From contig CAWHGS010000019.1 in NCBI GenBank assembly GCA_963828805.1, positions 7,089 to 71,088 on the forward strand: a stretch of DNA of 64,000 nucleotides, in the 5' to 3' direction. The DNA is from an uncultured delta proteobacterium. GTDB lineage: Bacteria > Desulfobacterota > BSN033 > UBA1163. Position 1 is the first letter of the stretch; each line of letters begins with the position of its first letter. A program made the position numbers and the translations under genes. The notes beneath the pieces were generated by a model that worked only from the letters and a program-made list of their open reading frames with translations, was not told where the DNA came from and made no database searches. This document shows positions 36,864-47,203 of this stretch, piece after piece.

Positions 36864-39131
36864 TCACGCCTTTTGAGGCGCCCTGAAGACAAACTCCCTG
36901 ATTAAGGGGAGGGCATCGATCTGCTCGCCTGTGGCTTTTGAGATCGCATTCGCAATGGCCGCAGCCACAGGGACGGCGGGCAGCTCTCCAACGCTTTTTG
37001 CGCCAAAGGGACCCGTGGGCTCATAACTTCCCTTGGCAATATACACATGGATCTCAGGCATATCCAGGGCCGTTGGAATCCTGTAATGCAACAGATCTGA
37101 CGAGGAAGGCTTTTCAGCCCTTTTGTCAAATTCGATCTGCTCCATGATCGCAAACCCCAGACCCATGCCGACGCCGCCCTCTACCTGTCCCCTTACGATT
37201 TCCGGATTAATGGGGGTTCCGACATCCACTGCTTCAATGATCTGTCGGACCTCTACCGTTCTTGTCACTTTATCCACGGCAACCTTGGCCCAGCAGACGA
37301 CGAAAGGAAGTGGGCTCTCCACGGCCTTGAAGCTTGATCGGCCAATGATGGTCGTATTTTTTCGGCCAAAGCTGATTTTGGCAATGGCCTCGCGAAAGGA
37401 GAGAGACACCTCGTCCCCCTCTTTCGGGATGAGTTTGAATTGACCCTTCGCGAAGCGGATCTGTCCGGGATCCGTGCTGTAATGATCCGCCAGGGTAACC
37501 CTGATCCTCTCTATGACGTCCTGGGCAGCCTGACGCACGGCATTGCCCCCGACATAGATCTGGCTACTGGCAAATGTGCCTGTGTCGTAGGGGACGTGAA
37601 GGGTATCGGCTGTTGTCACGGAAATTGTTCCCCAATCGATTCCCAGTTCCTCTGCCGCGATCTGGCTGAAGGTTGTTTCGCAACCCTGACCGATATCGGC
37701 AGACCCGGTGGAGAGATTGACACTTCCATCATCGTTGACAAGGATCAGGCAGGAGCTCATGCCATCGTTGTTCGAAGGCCCTGACGTGTGGCAGGCAAAA
37801 GCAACGCCCCAGGCTTCGGCCCTCTCTTCTATTCCCTTCCGGCCGGCCTCCTTTTCTTCAACCCTCCTTCGGATCTCTTCTCCTCCGTCAACACACTCCC
37901 TGATGGCGCAACTCCGGAGCGGAAAGGTGTGGGCCGGGATCGTCTCACCTGCCTCCAGGTGGTTCATCATCCGGAATTGAATAGGATCCATGCCCAGTTC
38001 CTTGGCGATTTTGTCCATCATTCTTTCTCTCGCAAAGGTGATCTGGGGGTTCCCGTATCCTCTCATCGCTCCGGCAACAGGACCGTTCGTATAGACGCCA
38101 TACCCTTCGTAAAGGTAATGAGGGATCCGATACTGAAACTTCCGGGTCTGAGCTGCCAGGACGATGGGACTGTGGGTGCAATAGGCGCCGGCGTTGAGAT
38201 AGACCTTTGCGTGAAAGGCCTTCAGGTAACCCTCCTTATCCACCCCGACCTTCAGGTGACAACGGGAACCGTGCCGCACGCTGGTTGCAACCATTTCCTC
38301 TTCCCGGGTGTTGATGATTTTTACGGGCCTTTTCACCCATTTCGAGAGCATGGCTCCCACATGCTGGTTGTGGAGTTGCTGCCTGCCCCCGAAACCTCCG
38401 CCCATGGCCGGCTTGATCACCCGGACGCGGTTCTCCGGCAGATCGAGCAGTTCTGCCAGAAGCCTCCGATCCTGAAAAGGGGTCTGCGTATTGCTCCAGA
38501 CAGTTAACGATCCGTCAGCAGCATAGTGACAGATACAGCTCACGGGCTCCATGGCGACATGCTGGACATCGGGCGTGCTGTAGTCTCCCTCAAAAATGGT
38601 TTCGGATTCCGAAAATCCCTTCTCCACCTCTCCCTTGCGAGCTTCTATCTTTTTAAAGATATTGGTCTCAGAATGGTCAGGATGAAGAAGAGGCGCCTCC
38701 TTTTTAAGGGCGTCCTCGATCTCAAAGATGGCGGGGAGAGGCTCGAACTCGACCCCCAGTTTGTCGACGGCTTGTTGACAGAGTTCAGGAGTCAGGGCAA
38801 CAACGGCTGCGATCCTGTCTCCCACATAGAGAGGGTGATCCGTCAGGACGGTTTCGTCCTTGATCAACAGGGGAGAGGGCGGATTGCCCGCACAGTTGAA
38901 GAAGCGTTTGGGAAGATCCCCGGGAAGAAGGATGGCGAGCACTCCCTCCACCTTTTCTGCTTCTGATCGATCGATACGGGTCACCCGGGCATGGGCATAG
39001 GGACTTCGAAGGATGGAGCCGAAAACCATGCCCGGCAAATCGAGGTCATCCGTATACTGCGCCTGTCCTGTGACCTTGGCGATCGACTCATGTCGGGGAT
39101 AAGACTTGCCGATAACCTTAAATGGTTCCAT
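36864..39131 (-). CDS. molybdopterin-binding large subunit of second molybdenum hydroxylase
   Basis: ORF 36864-39203, with the start MEPFKVIGKSYPR at 39131. VTGQAQYTDD, GGGFGGR and GPFGAKSVGE. Confidence 0.9.
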   Translation of the reverse strand: MEPFKVIGKSYPRHESIAKVTGQAQYTDDLDLPGMVFGSILRSPYAHARVTRIDRSEAEKVEGVLAILLPGDLPKRFFNCAGNPPSPLLIKDETVLTDHPLYVGDRIAAVVALTPELCQQAVDKLGVEFEPLPAIFEIEDALKKEAPLLHPDHSETNIFKKIEARKGEVEKGFSESETIFEGDYSTPDVQHVAMEPVSCICHYAADGSLTVWSNTQTPFQDRRLLAELLDLPENRVRVIKPAMGGGFGGRQQLHNQHVGAMLSKWVKRPVKIINTREEEMVATSVRHGSRCHLKVGVDKEGYLKAFHAKVYLNAGAYCTHSPIVLAAQTRKFQYRIPHYLYEGYGVYTNGPVAGAMRGYGNPQITFARERMMDKIAKELGMDPIQFRMMNHLEAGETIPAHTFPLRSCAIRECVDGGEEIRRRVEEKEAGRKGIEERAEAWGVAFACHTSGPSNNDGMSSCLILVNDDGSVNLSTGSADIGQGCETTFSQIAAEELGIDWGTISVTTADTLHVPYDTGTFASSQIYVGGNAVRQAAQDVIERIRVTLADHYSTDPGQIRFAKGQFKLIPKEGDEVSLSFREAIAKISFGRKNTTIIGRSSFKAVESPLPFVVCWAKVAVDKVTRTVEVRQIIEAVDVGTPINPEIVRGQVEGGVGMGLGFAIMEQIEFDKRAEKPSSSDLLHYRIPTALDMPEIHVYIAKGSYEPTGPFGAKSVGELPAVPVAAAIANAISKATGEQIDALPLIREFVFRAPQKA

Positions 39132-39133
39132 GA

Positions 39134-39614
39134 TCAAATTCTCAAGACGTGAGATGCTTTCCTGATAGCCCTTACGATCTTCACGTATCCGGTGCACCGA
39201 CAAAGATTCCCTGAAAGGGCTTCCCGGATCTCTTCCTCGGAAGGGTTCGACTTTTCGTCAAGGAGGGATTTGGCCGACAGGATCATTCCTGGCGTACAAA
39301 ACCCGCACTGAACAGCCCCTTCTTCCACGAAGGCCTCCTGGAGGGGATGGAGTTTTCCTCCCGAAGATAACCCCTCAATGGTCGTGATTTTTTTCCCATC
39401 AGCCTGTACTGCAAGGACCAAACAGGCATTGACTGCTTTGCCGTCCAGAATCACCGTGCAGGCCCCGCAGTGTCCCTTGGTCACATCCTCTTTTCGTGCC
39501 TTTGAGGTTCAGATCCTGACGCAACACGTCTAATAGTGTGGCAGAAGGGCTGGCCATCACCCTGTACGGGATCTGATTTACCTCCAATTCAATTAAGACC
39601 TGTTCGGTCTTCAT
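39134..39614 (-). CDS. [2Fe-2S] small subunit of second molybdenum hydroxylase (one frame break near 39474)
   Basis: ORFs 39399-39614 and 39134-39484 join as ...[16 protein letters not shown]... when one A is removed. CGFCTPG and CRCTGY are present. Confidence 0.8.
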
Positions 39615-39780
39615 TTTGTGAAATCCTCCAGAAAAACTATACAGGGCGTAGTAAACGTGAGGCAGGTGGCGGAGAAGAACTGTGACACCTGATTTATAGA
39701 TATAAGGATCCCAGCCCTTCTGTCAAGTCGTTTGTCCGTGATGAGTGAACTCGGCAGCTGCAAGAACGGGCATGGGGCTA

Positions 39781-39982
39781 TAGTTAGGGTCTGTCCATAA
39801 ACCAAACGTTTTCCAAAAGGTTGTCATTCCGGCGAAAGCCGGAATCCAGGGTTCCTGGTGAAAACCTGGATCCAGTCTTTGAGATGGTTCCCGACTTAGG
39901 TCGGGAAGATGTCTGGATGCCGGATCAGGTCCGGCATGACATAACAACTGAATTTATGGACGGACATTATTTAGAAAATAAC
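39781..39982. mobile_element. MITE-like element, copy 2 (inverted orientation, about 60-bp internal insertion)
   Basis: Its reverse complement matches copy 1 module by module: GTCCGTCCATAAATTCAGTTGTTATGTCATGCCGGACCTGATCCGGCATCCAGA ... TGGATTCCGGCTTTCGCCGGAATGACA...TTTATGGACAGAC. The extra segment has a TCCCGAC/GTCGGGA hairpin. Confidence 0.75.
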
Positions 39983-39986
39983 CCCC

Positions 39987-40032
39987 AAATCCCCCCAACC
40001 CCTCTTTGCCAAAGGGGGGCAGGGGGGGATTT
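39987..40032. repeat. nested palindromic G/C-tract repeat (AAATCCCCCC...GGGGGGATTT type)
   Basis: AAATCCCCCCAACCCCTCTTTGCCAAAGGGGGGCAGGGGGGGATTT. Related hairpins occur at 60917-61069. Confidence 0.7.
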
Positions 40033-40056
40033 TCATGCTTCGTGGGTGCCCTGTGG

Positions 40057-40102
40057 GCATGGGCCATTAATTAGTGTCAAAATAACCCAAATTACTCCCT
40101 CT
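40057..40102. repeat. intergenic repeat module, copy B, followed by a TCCCTCTCCC/GGGAGAGGGA hairpin
   Basis: GCATGGGCCATTAATTAGTGTCAAAATAACCCAAATTACTCCCTCTC, matching 25470-25512. Confidence 0.8.
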
Positions 40103-40283
40103 CCCTGGCGGGAGAGGGGAGGGTGAGGGGGGAACCGCGATGTCCACCACCGGTTTTCAGGTGATTGACAAAAGAGGACCTTTTGTTGGAAATTAGAGCC
40201 ATGGATGGGAGAACCGGTGGGGGAAGATAATCACTTAAACGAACCCCATGATGAGGGGCTGCGATTAGGATAGGAGTTTTTCC

Positions 40284-41573
40284 ATGCCTTTGAAATCAAT
40301 CATTCCCGAAACTCTGCGGAATTTGACTGCAGATGGACGGTTGCTATTTGCAACACGGATTGCGCGCCTCTTTGCTTACGGGTTTCTCTCCGTCATTCTG
40401 GTTCTCTACCTGGTCGAGGCCGGTTTGAGCGAACCGCAGATCGGCCTTCTCCTTACGCTCACGCTGGTCGGCGATACGATTATCTCATTATGGATTACCA
40501 CCTCGGCAGACCGGATCGGAAGACGCAACATGCTCATGGCAGGGGCGATCCTAATGGTATTTGCCGGAGTCCTGTTTGCCGTAACACGCAACTTCGTCTT
40601 TCTTCTGATTGCCGCCACGATCGGTGTCATCAGCCCCAGCGGCAATGAGGTCGGTCCATTCTTATCCATAGAACAGTCGGCGTTATCACAGATTGTGTCA
40701 AACGAACAGCGGACGCAGGTCTTTGCATGGTATAACCTGGTCGGGTCCTTCACCACGGCCCTGGGGTCCCTCAGCGGGGGTGTTCTGGTGCAGGCTCTTC
40801 AGGGAATCGGGGTGAAGCCTCTTGGAAGTTACCGGGCCATTGTCATTGGCTATGCGATCATCGGCGCGATCCTCGGGCTCCTCTTCACGCGTCTTTCTTC
40901 CACGGTGGAAATCCCTCCCGCGGAACAGGGATCCATACCAAAATCAAAGAGGTTTCTGGGTCTTCACAAGTCACGCAAGGTTGTCTTTAAGTTATCGGCC
41001 CTCTTTTCCCTCGATGCCTTTGCCGGCGGATTCGTGCTTCAGAGCATCGTCGCATACTGGTTTTCCGTCCGGTACCATGTCCAGCCGGCCCTTCTGGGAG
41101 GTATCTTCTTTGGGGCAAACATCCTGGCCGGGATCTCGGCGTTGACAGCCGCACGGGTGGCAGCCAGGATCGGATTGATCCGGACGATGGTATTCACGCA
41201 TATTCCATCCAATATTCTGCTGATCCTGGTGCCTCTCATGCCCAATTTGCCTCTTGCGATTATCGTCCTTCTCCTGCGCTTCAGTATCTCCCAGATGGAC
41301 GTGCCCACCCGCCAGTCCTATACCATGGCAGTGGTTGAGCCGGATGAGCGTTCGGCGGCGTCCGGGATTACCGGCATCGCCCGCACCACAGGGTCTTCAC
41401 TTTCCCCGGTTGTCGCAGGTCCGCTGCTGGGTCATGCAGCGATGCTGAGTATTCCATTCTTCGTCGCCGGAGGCCTCAAAATCATCTATGATCTCCTTCT
41501 GTATAGAAGCTTCAGTGCCGTTAAGCCGCCGGAAGAAAAGGCCATCCCAAGACCATTGCTCCCAAAGCCCTGA
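40284..41573 (+). CDS. MFS transporter
   Basis: 429 aa with about 12 hydrophobic segments and a DRIGRR motif after TM2. Confidence 0.8.
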   Translation: MPLKSIIPETLRNLTADGRLLFATRIARLFAYGFLSVILVLYLVEAGLSEPQIGLLLTLTLVGDTIISLWITTSADRIGRRNMLMAGAILMVFAGVLFAVTRNFVFLLIAATIGVISPSGNEVGPFLSIEQSALSQIVSNEQRTQVFAWYNLVGSFTTALGSLSGGVLVQALQGIGVKPLGSYRAIVIGYAIIGAILGLLFTRLSSTVEIPPAEQGSIPKSKRFLGLHKSRKVVFKLSALFSLDAFAGGFVLQSIVAYWFSVRYHVQPALLGGIFFGANILAGISALTAARVAARIGLIRTMVFTHIPSNILLILVPLMPNLPLAIIVLLLRFSISQMDVPTRQSYTMAVVEPDERSAASGITGIARTTGSSLSPVVAGPLLGHAAMLSIPFFVAGGLKIIYDLLLYRSFSAVKPPEEKAIPRPLLPKP

Positions 41574-41796
41574 CGGTATTTATTCGTTTGGTGGTAACAC
41601 GGGTAGCCTGAGGCGCAAACATTTTTGGACTTTGAATGCATGCCCCATGCTTCCCTTTTTTAGGCACCGTTTTCTTTCATCAACGTCTCTGTCTTGGGGT
41701 CGCGTGGAAAATTTGTCGAAAAAATCTTAATGTCCGTGAGGCGAGAACATGACTGAAAGGCTAACCCCGCTAAGCGAGATCTAACAGAGGATTGAA

Positions 41797-43344
41797 ATGA
41801 GGGAAAACAGGGGAAAATATTCTTACAAAGTTCTGTTAGGTTCACACGACTCCCGTCTGAAAAAGGGACCTGCAAGGGAGGTTGTTGACTATCTCTATTC
41901 TCGCTGGCTTCACGCGACACTTCCGGCCTTCGAGGATTTGCTGACTTTTCTGAAGGCTCACCTTGTTGAACTTCATGACAAGAAAGTGATTCCCCGAAAC
42001 GATGCACGAAAGATTCTTGAGACTTTACGATGGATTCAAAAAAAGGGGATTGATCATTTTGAACTCGATCCCAGCATCGAGGATCTGATGCCGAATATAG
42101 AAGCCATCGTCATCAGCAAACTGGGAGAATCGGCAGGCGGAAAGATTCTGACAGGAATGGCCAGGGGAGAACCCATGTATGTTTCCGCTATCCTTCTCCT
42201 TCGGAGGAAGATATTGGATTTATTGAAGGAAGTGTATGGCTTGAGAAAACTGATCATCGCGCTTGCGAGCAGGCATACCGAGACAATCATGCCCGGTTAT
42301 ACTCACGTTCAGCATGCTCAACCAACAACCCTTGGCCACTATCTTGCCTGTGTGGCTGAGGCCTTAGAAACGGATTGTACCCGCTTTGAGAATGCTTATC
42401 AAAGGGTTAACATGAGCCCGGCAGGTTACAGCAGTGCCTGGGGGACCAGCTATCCCACAGACAGGCGGCGCGTTGCATCACTTTTGGGCTTTGATTCGGT
42501 GATTGAAAATACACGATACGCCATGCTTTCTTTTGACCGGGGGATAGAAGCCCTTTCCGCTCTTACGATACTTGCCATCGATATCAATCGTTTTTCAGAT
42601 GACCTCTACTTCTGGTGCACGTTCGAATTTAACATGGTCGATATCGCTGATGAGTATGCGTCGACGAGCTACATTATGCCTCAAAAGAAAAATCCTTATG
42701 CTTTGGAGGAATATCCTGCCCTGGTGCAAAGAGTCTGCTCTGAGTTTATCAGGGTCGCCGAGCTTTCCCGTCTTGTCAGCTTTGGATTGGCAACCCATCT
42801 GAGCGGGAAAAGAACCGATATAACCATGACCCCTTCGAGAATCATCGATGATACGATCGGAGCGATTCAGATGCTACGTGGAATGGTTTCGACTTTGACG
42901 ATCAACGAGAAAGTCATGAGAGAGCGTACCGGTATCAACTTCACGCAGGGAACCGACCTTGCGGACACGCTGGTTCGGGAAAAAGGTCTCTCCTTCAGGA
43001 CAGCCCATAGAATTATCGGTGTCCTCGTTAGAGAGGCGATCCGTCGAAAAATCAGGCCAAGTGAAATCAATTCCGAAATGCTTGATCACGCAGCTCACGA
43101 GATTTTAGGTAAGCCCTTGAAACTTGCTTCACATCGTCTTCTAAGGGCCCTTGACCCGATGGAAGGAGTCAGATCCAGAAGGGGGATTGGAGGCGTTTCG
43201 CCTGAAGCTGTCAGAAATTCGCTGAAAAACCGTTTAAAGAATCTTCAGGAGGAACGACATCGCCTCAAAAAAAGAAAAAGTCAGTTGCTGGTTGCCGAGA
43301 AAAGATTGGGGACTGCTGTTCAAAAAATCTGTTCGATCGGTTAG
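41797..43344 (+). CDS. argininosuccinate-lyase-family (aspartase/fumarase superfamily) C-N lyase, divergent paralog 1
   Basis: 515 aa with PGYTHVQHAQPTTLGHY and the STSYIMPQKKNP signature loop. The N-terminus is atypical and the tail is a charged helix (LQEERHRLKKRKSQLL...). No arg genes are nearby. Confidence 0.8.
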   Translation: MRENRGKYSYKVLLGSHDSRLKKGPAREVVDYLYSRWLHATLPAFEDLLTFLKAHLVELHDKKVIPRNDARKILETLRWIQKKGIDHFELDPSIEDLMPNIEAIVISKLGESAGGKILTGMARGEPMYVSAILLLRRKILDLLKEVYGLRKLIIALASRHTETIMPGYTHVQHAQPTTLGHYLACVAEALETDCTRFENAYQRVNMSPAGYSSAWGTSYPTDRRRVASLLGFDSVIENTRYAMLSFDRGIEALSALTILAIDINRFSDDLYFWCTFEFNMVDIADEYASTSYIMPQKKNPYALEEYPALVQRVCSEFIRVAELSRLVSFGLATHLSGKRTDITMTPSRIIDDTIGAIQMLRGMVSTLTINEKVMRERTGINFTQGTDLADTLVREKGLSFRTAHRIIGVLVREAIRRKIRPSEINSEMLDHAAHEILGKPLKLASHRLLRALDPMEGVRSRRGIGGVSPEAVRNSLKNRLKNLQEERHRLKKRKSQLLVAEKRLGTAVQKICSIG

Positions 43345-43449
43345 ACTTTTTTGCAGACCCGTTGGTTTGATAAGATTCCGAATCCGAAGGCGTGATTCTT
43401 TAATCGATCCGTCAAGGCCTGTAAGAAGGTTTCAAAATAGGAGAATTAA

Positions 43450-44535
43450 TTGATGACACTTCGATTTTCGATTCTTGGGGCGGGAAACGGGGGACAGACA
43501 TTAGCGGGTGATCTCGTGCTCCGGGGGTTCAATGTGGTTGCCGTATATGACCGATTCTCAGAGATGGTCGACCCTATTCGAGAAAAAGGTGGGATTAGCC
43601 TGTTGGGAAAAGTCCTTGAGGGATTTGCGCCCATTCCATTGGCCACTACCGAAATTCGCAAGGCCGTTTTGGAAGCCGATGTCCTTTGGGTCGTTGTCCC
43701 TGCTTATGCTCATGAATACATAGCCACCTCCATGGCTCCCTACCTGCAGGAGGGTCAACTCATCGTTCTCTGTCCGGGTTATCTGGGAGGGAGTCTGCTC
43801 TTTCGACAGATATTCGATCAGATGGGATGCGGTACCAACGTTCAGCTTGCAGAGACGATGATTCTTCCCTACGCGACTCGTCTTGTCGGTCCGGCAATGG
43901 TAGGGGTAAGGGCTATTAAAAAATGGGTCGAGCTCTCCGCCTTTCCTGCCCATGCCACTGCTCTGGTAGTGAAAAAGTTGAAGCAAGCCATGGAACAATT
44001 AACCCCTGGGCCTAACATTCTCGCCACGGGGCTCAACAATCCGAATCCCATTCTTCATGTGGCTGCGGTGCTATTGAATATGGGCCGCTTCGAGTCGGAG
44101 AAAGTCTCCGACGGGTTCGATTTCCAGGATTGGTTTTCTCTTTCCATCGTACGGATTAATGACCTCATGGATCAGGAGAGACTGGCCGTGGCCGAAGGCT
44201 TTGGTTTCGCGGGACTTTCTCTGTCTGAGTTTGATCGCAGAAGCTATGCTCAGGCAAAGCAAGTGGTTCAGCCCCAGGGGCCTATTCCCCCGGGAGCCTA
44301 CAGTATTCCACAGAGATACATTACCGAGGATGTCCCGATGGGTTTAGTTCCTCTATCCCAAATGGCCCGCTTGGCCTCCATTCCTACTCCGACGATCAAC
44401 CTCATGATCCAGCTTGCCTGCCTGGTTCGGAAAGAAAATTATTGGGAGAAAGGACGGACGCTTCAAAAAATGGGCCTAGAGGGACTCAGTATTCCTCAAA
44501 TCTTGCAACGCGTGGAGACGGGAACCAAGAATTAA
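43450..44535 (+). CDS. NAD(P)-dependent opine dehydrogenase family protein
   Basis: 361 aa. N-terminal FSILGAGNGGQTLAGDL Rossmann motif and a C-terminal half with NPNPILHVAAVLLN, typical of the octopine/nopaline dehydrogenase domain. Confidence 0.75.
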   Translation: MMTLRFSILGAGNGGQTLAGDLVLRGFNVVAVYDRFSEMVDPIREKGGISLLGKVLEGFAPIPLATTEIRKAVLEADVLWVVVPAYAHEYIATSMAPYLQEGQLIVLCPGYLGGSLLFRQIFDQMGCGTNVQLAETMILPYATRLVGPAMVGVRAIKKWVELSAFPAHATALVVKKLKQAMEQLTPGPNILATGLNNPNPILHVAAVLLNMGRFESEKVSDGFDFQDWFSLSIVRINDLMDQERLAVAEGFGFAGLSLSEFDRRSYAQAKQVVQPQGPIPPGAYSIPQRYITEDVPMGLVPLSQMARLASIPTPTINLMIQLACLVRKENYWEKGRTLQKMGLEGLSIPQILQRVETGTKN

Positions 44536-44664
44536 GTTGTTCCTCAATTCGTTTTCTGGTAAATTGAGAATTGGCTGAGCAGGTGCGCGAAGCAGATGAG
44601 AATGATGTGATGAAAGAATTTGTTTTAGATCCCTTCTCAGGGAAATCAGAAAAGGAGGATGATC

Positions 44665-46234
44665 ATGGATTCGAAATGGATGAAAGGGATGAGGAGATTT
44701 TGAGTCATGGTTTTGCTGTCAGGTCTAACCCTCAGTGGGCCTCCTGAAAGATCGGAAGCCAAGGAGAAACCTTTAGTCGTTGTCCAGCATGTCAGATGTA
44801 ACCTCCTTCGATCCAACCTCCAGCACCTATGGCCCCAATCGGAATTTTTACGCGAACGTCTTCGATGCCCTGACCGTTTGGGACGAAAAGGAACCGACCA
44901 AATTGGCTCCGATGTTGGCGACTTCCTGGAAAACGATTAACGACAAAACCTGGCAATTTCAACTTCGAAAAGGGATCTCTTTTACAAATGGCGAACCCTT
45001 TAACGCCCAGACTGTGAAATGGAACATTGAATGGCTCATCACGCCAGGAAAACACACGGTTGCCGGGAGCTTTTAACACGATTGAACGGGCAGAGGTCGT
45101 GAATGACCATACGGTCAATGTTATCACTGTAAAACCAGATCCCCTTTTGCCTAAACGATTTGCGGCCTATGGAGGCCAGATGACCCCCCCGGAATATATT
45201 AAGAAAGTGGGGAGAGAGGAGTTTGGTCGCAAACCCATCGGGACAGGCCCCTATATCGCTCAAGGAATGGGTGAAGGATGACCATGTCACCCTGATCCGC
45301 AACGAAAAGTATTGGGGAAGGAAACCGGATTTTCAGGAAGTGATTGTCAAACCCGTTCCGGATGGTTCCACCCGACTGAACATGCTCCTTAACGGGCGAG
45401 GCGGATCTCATCGCCGCGGTTCTTCCGGACCAGATTGACAGGATTAAAGAGAGCAAAATCGCTCATGTTGAAACAGGCCTGGGGGCAATGAACTACGAAT
45501 ATGTGATTAAATGCCAGGAAAGGGCCGCTCAGCGACAGAAGAGTCCGCCAGGCCGTGTAATTATGCCGTAAACAAGGAATTGATCCGGAACAAGCTCTGG
45601 AAAGGCTATGGCACTATTATTAACGGTGCTGTATCACGACCGGTGACTTTGGATAGAATCCTGACATGAAACCCTATCCCTACGATCCAGCCAAGGCCAG
45701 GGAGTTGATCAAGGAGGCAGGATACGAGCCGGGCCAAATCACCTTTGACGTGATGTCCCTGGCCAGTGAGAAAGAATTGACGGAAATCATCTGCGCTCAA
45801 CTGAATGAGGTTGGAATCAATGCGAAACCCCGGATCATTGAAGGTGCGGAACGGGCGAAGATCATCAAGGATGCAAGCCTTTGGGAGGATACAGGGGGTG
45901 CGTCTCTTTGATACAGGCCGGCAGTACCCTTTACGATGCCGACGGCATTCCTTTGGAGGACGAGGCACCCTGACGGACTTTATGGAAACTACTGGGAAGG
46001 TTCTCAACCCGGGCAACCCTGGGGCTTTTATGAGATGATGGAGGAAGCCCGGTACAGTTTGGATCAGGAAAAGCGAAAAAAGATTTATTTTAAAGCCAAT
46101 CAAATCGCTAAGGATGAAGCAATCTCTCTTTTCCTCATTCGAGTATACGTTTATTCACGGGGCAAGCAATCGGGTGAACTATAAGATCGACCAGGGCGGT
46201 CTTGGTCTATTTCGGCCGGATCTACAAAAAGTAG
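44665..46234 (+). pseudogene. family-5 (Opp/Dpp/Nik-type) substrate-binding protein, multiply frame-broken
   Basis: AAAGGAGG RBS before the ATG at 44665. An in-frame TGA at 44701 interrupts the signal peptide. Family-5 SBP pieces are spread over at least 8 frame switches (ORFs 44780-45076, 45027-45281, 45223-45438, 45666-45911, 45936-46184). The end coordinate is approximate. Confidence 0.7.
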
Positions 46235-46279
46235 AAAGCCGGGGCATGAATGCCGTAAGAGGGAAATTTATGGGTTGGT

Positions 46280-47203
46280 ATGATTTTCAAGAAGGTGTTT
46301 CACACCGTTCTTGTTGATCTTTGCGGTCTCTACCTTTGTCTTTTGGTTCCTAAGGATTTCGGGAGATCCGGTGGCTCTGTCTGATGCCCATGGATGCGCA
46401 GAAACAGGACATTGAAGCGCTGAGAAAATCGATGGGGCTCGATGATCCCCAGTGCGTCCAGTACGTGCGGTTTATGAAGAACCTCTGCAAGGGGAGAGCT
46501 TAGGGAATTCGTTTCATTACAAACAGCCAGCCCTGGAGTTATTGGTGGAGCGAATGCCGGCGACGTTTCAGCTGGCTCTCAGCGCGATGCTCTTCGCCAT
46601 TCGTGATGGGCATTCCTTTGGGAATCATCTCCGCAGTGAAACAGGGGAAAGCTTTGGACGCGCTCTGTGTTGGATTGGCGACCATTGGCCAGTCGATTCC
46701 GCTCTTCTGGCTCGGTTTGATGTTGATGCTCATCTTTTCTGTTTTTCTCGGGATTCTGCCCACTTCGGGCCGAGGGACACTGAAGCAGTTGATTCTTCCC
46801 ACGATCACCTTGGGTGCTCTCCCCATGGCAGCCATCGTCCGGCTCTTAAGGGCAAGCATGCTGACAGGCCCTTCAGATGGATTATGTGACGGCAGCGAGG
46901 GCAAAAGGTGTCAGGGAGTTTTGGGTCGTGGTGAAACACGCTTTTCGCAACGCGGCGATTCCGGTCGTGACGTTCATCGGTCTGCAGTTTGGAGCGCTCT
47001 TTGGCGGGGCGGTTGTAACCGAGATGATCTTTGCGTGGCCGGGAGTAGGTCGGCTCGTCGTGCTCGCCATTTATAACCGGGACTACCCCCTGGTTCAGGC
47101 AACCGTGATCTTCCTATCAACCATATTTGTCACCGTCAATTTCGTTGTCGACCTCTTGATACGTCTCCTGGATCCGAGGGTGAGGGTCGGAGGAACAAAG
47201 TGA
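46280..47203 (+). pseudogene. OppB/DppB-type ABC permease, multiply frame-broken
   Basis: Pieces read as ...GDPVAL..., LGNSFHYKQPALELLVERMPATFQLALSAMLFAI, MGIPLGIISAVKQGKALD...GILPTSG and MDYVTAARAKGVREFWVVVKHAFRNA...LLDPRVR, in at least 4 frames. Confidence 0.75.

Noticed and set aside
39781-40140. Dense repeat cluster considered as a CRISPR array or an integron attC array.
   Set aside because: The repeats are heterogeneous palindromes of different families without regular spacing. No cas or integrase genes are present anywhere in the window.
40226-40238. GATAATCAC half-site resembling a classical Fur box upstream of the MFS gene. This would have supported the metallophore hypothesis.
   Set aside because: Only 8 consecutive matches to one half of the 19-bp consensus, and no dyad partner. 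This is insufficient.
41625-41639. Sigma54-like TGGACTTTGAATGCA upstream of ASL-family lyase 1. A similar TGGAAATAGGGCCTTGA occurs near 13330.
   Set aside because: The GG-to-GC spacing is off by one (and by two at the second site) relative to TGGCAC-N5-TTGC, and no enhancer-binding protein gene is nearby.
44701-44703. In-frame TGA inside the SBP signal peptide, and the general idea that broken genes reflect selenocysteine or stop-codon recoding.
   Set aside because: Nearly all interruptions are frame shifts, not in-frame stops. No SECIS-like context or Sec-utilising family is involved, and intact genes end normally in TGA, TAA or TAG.
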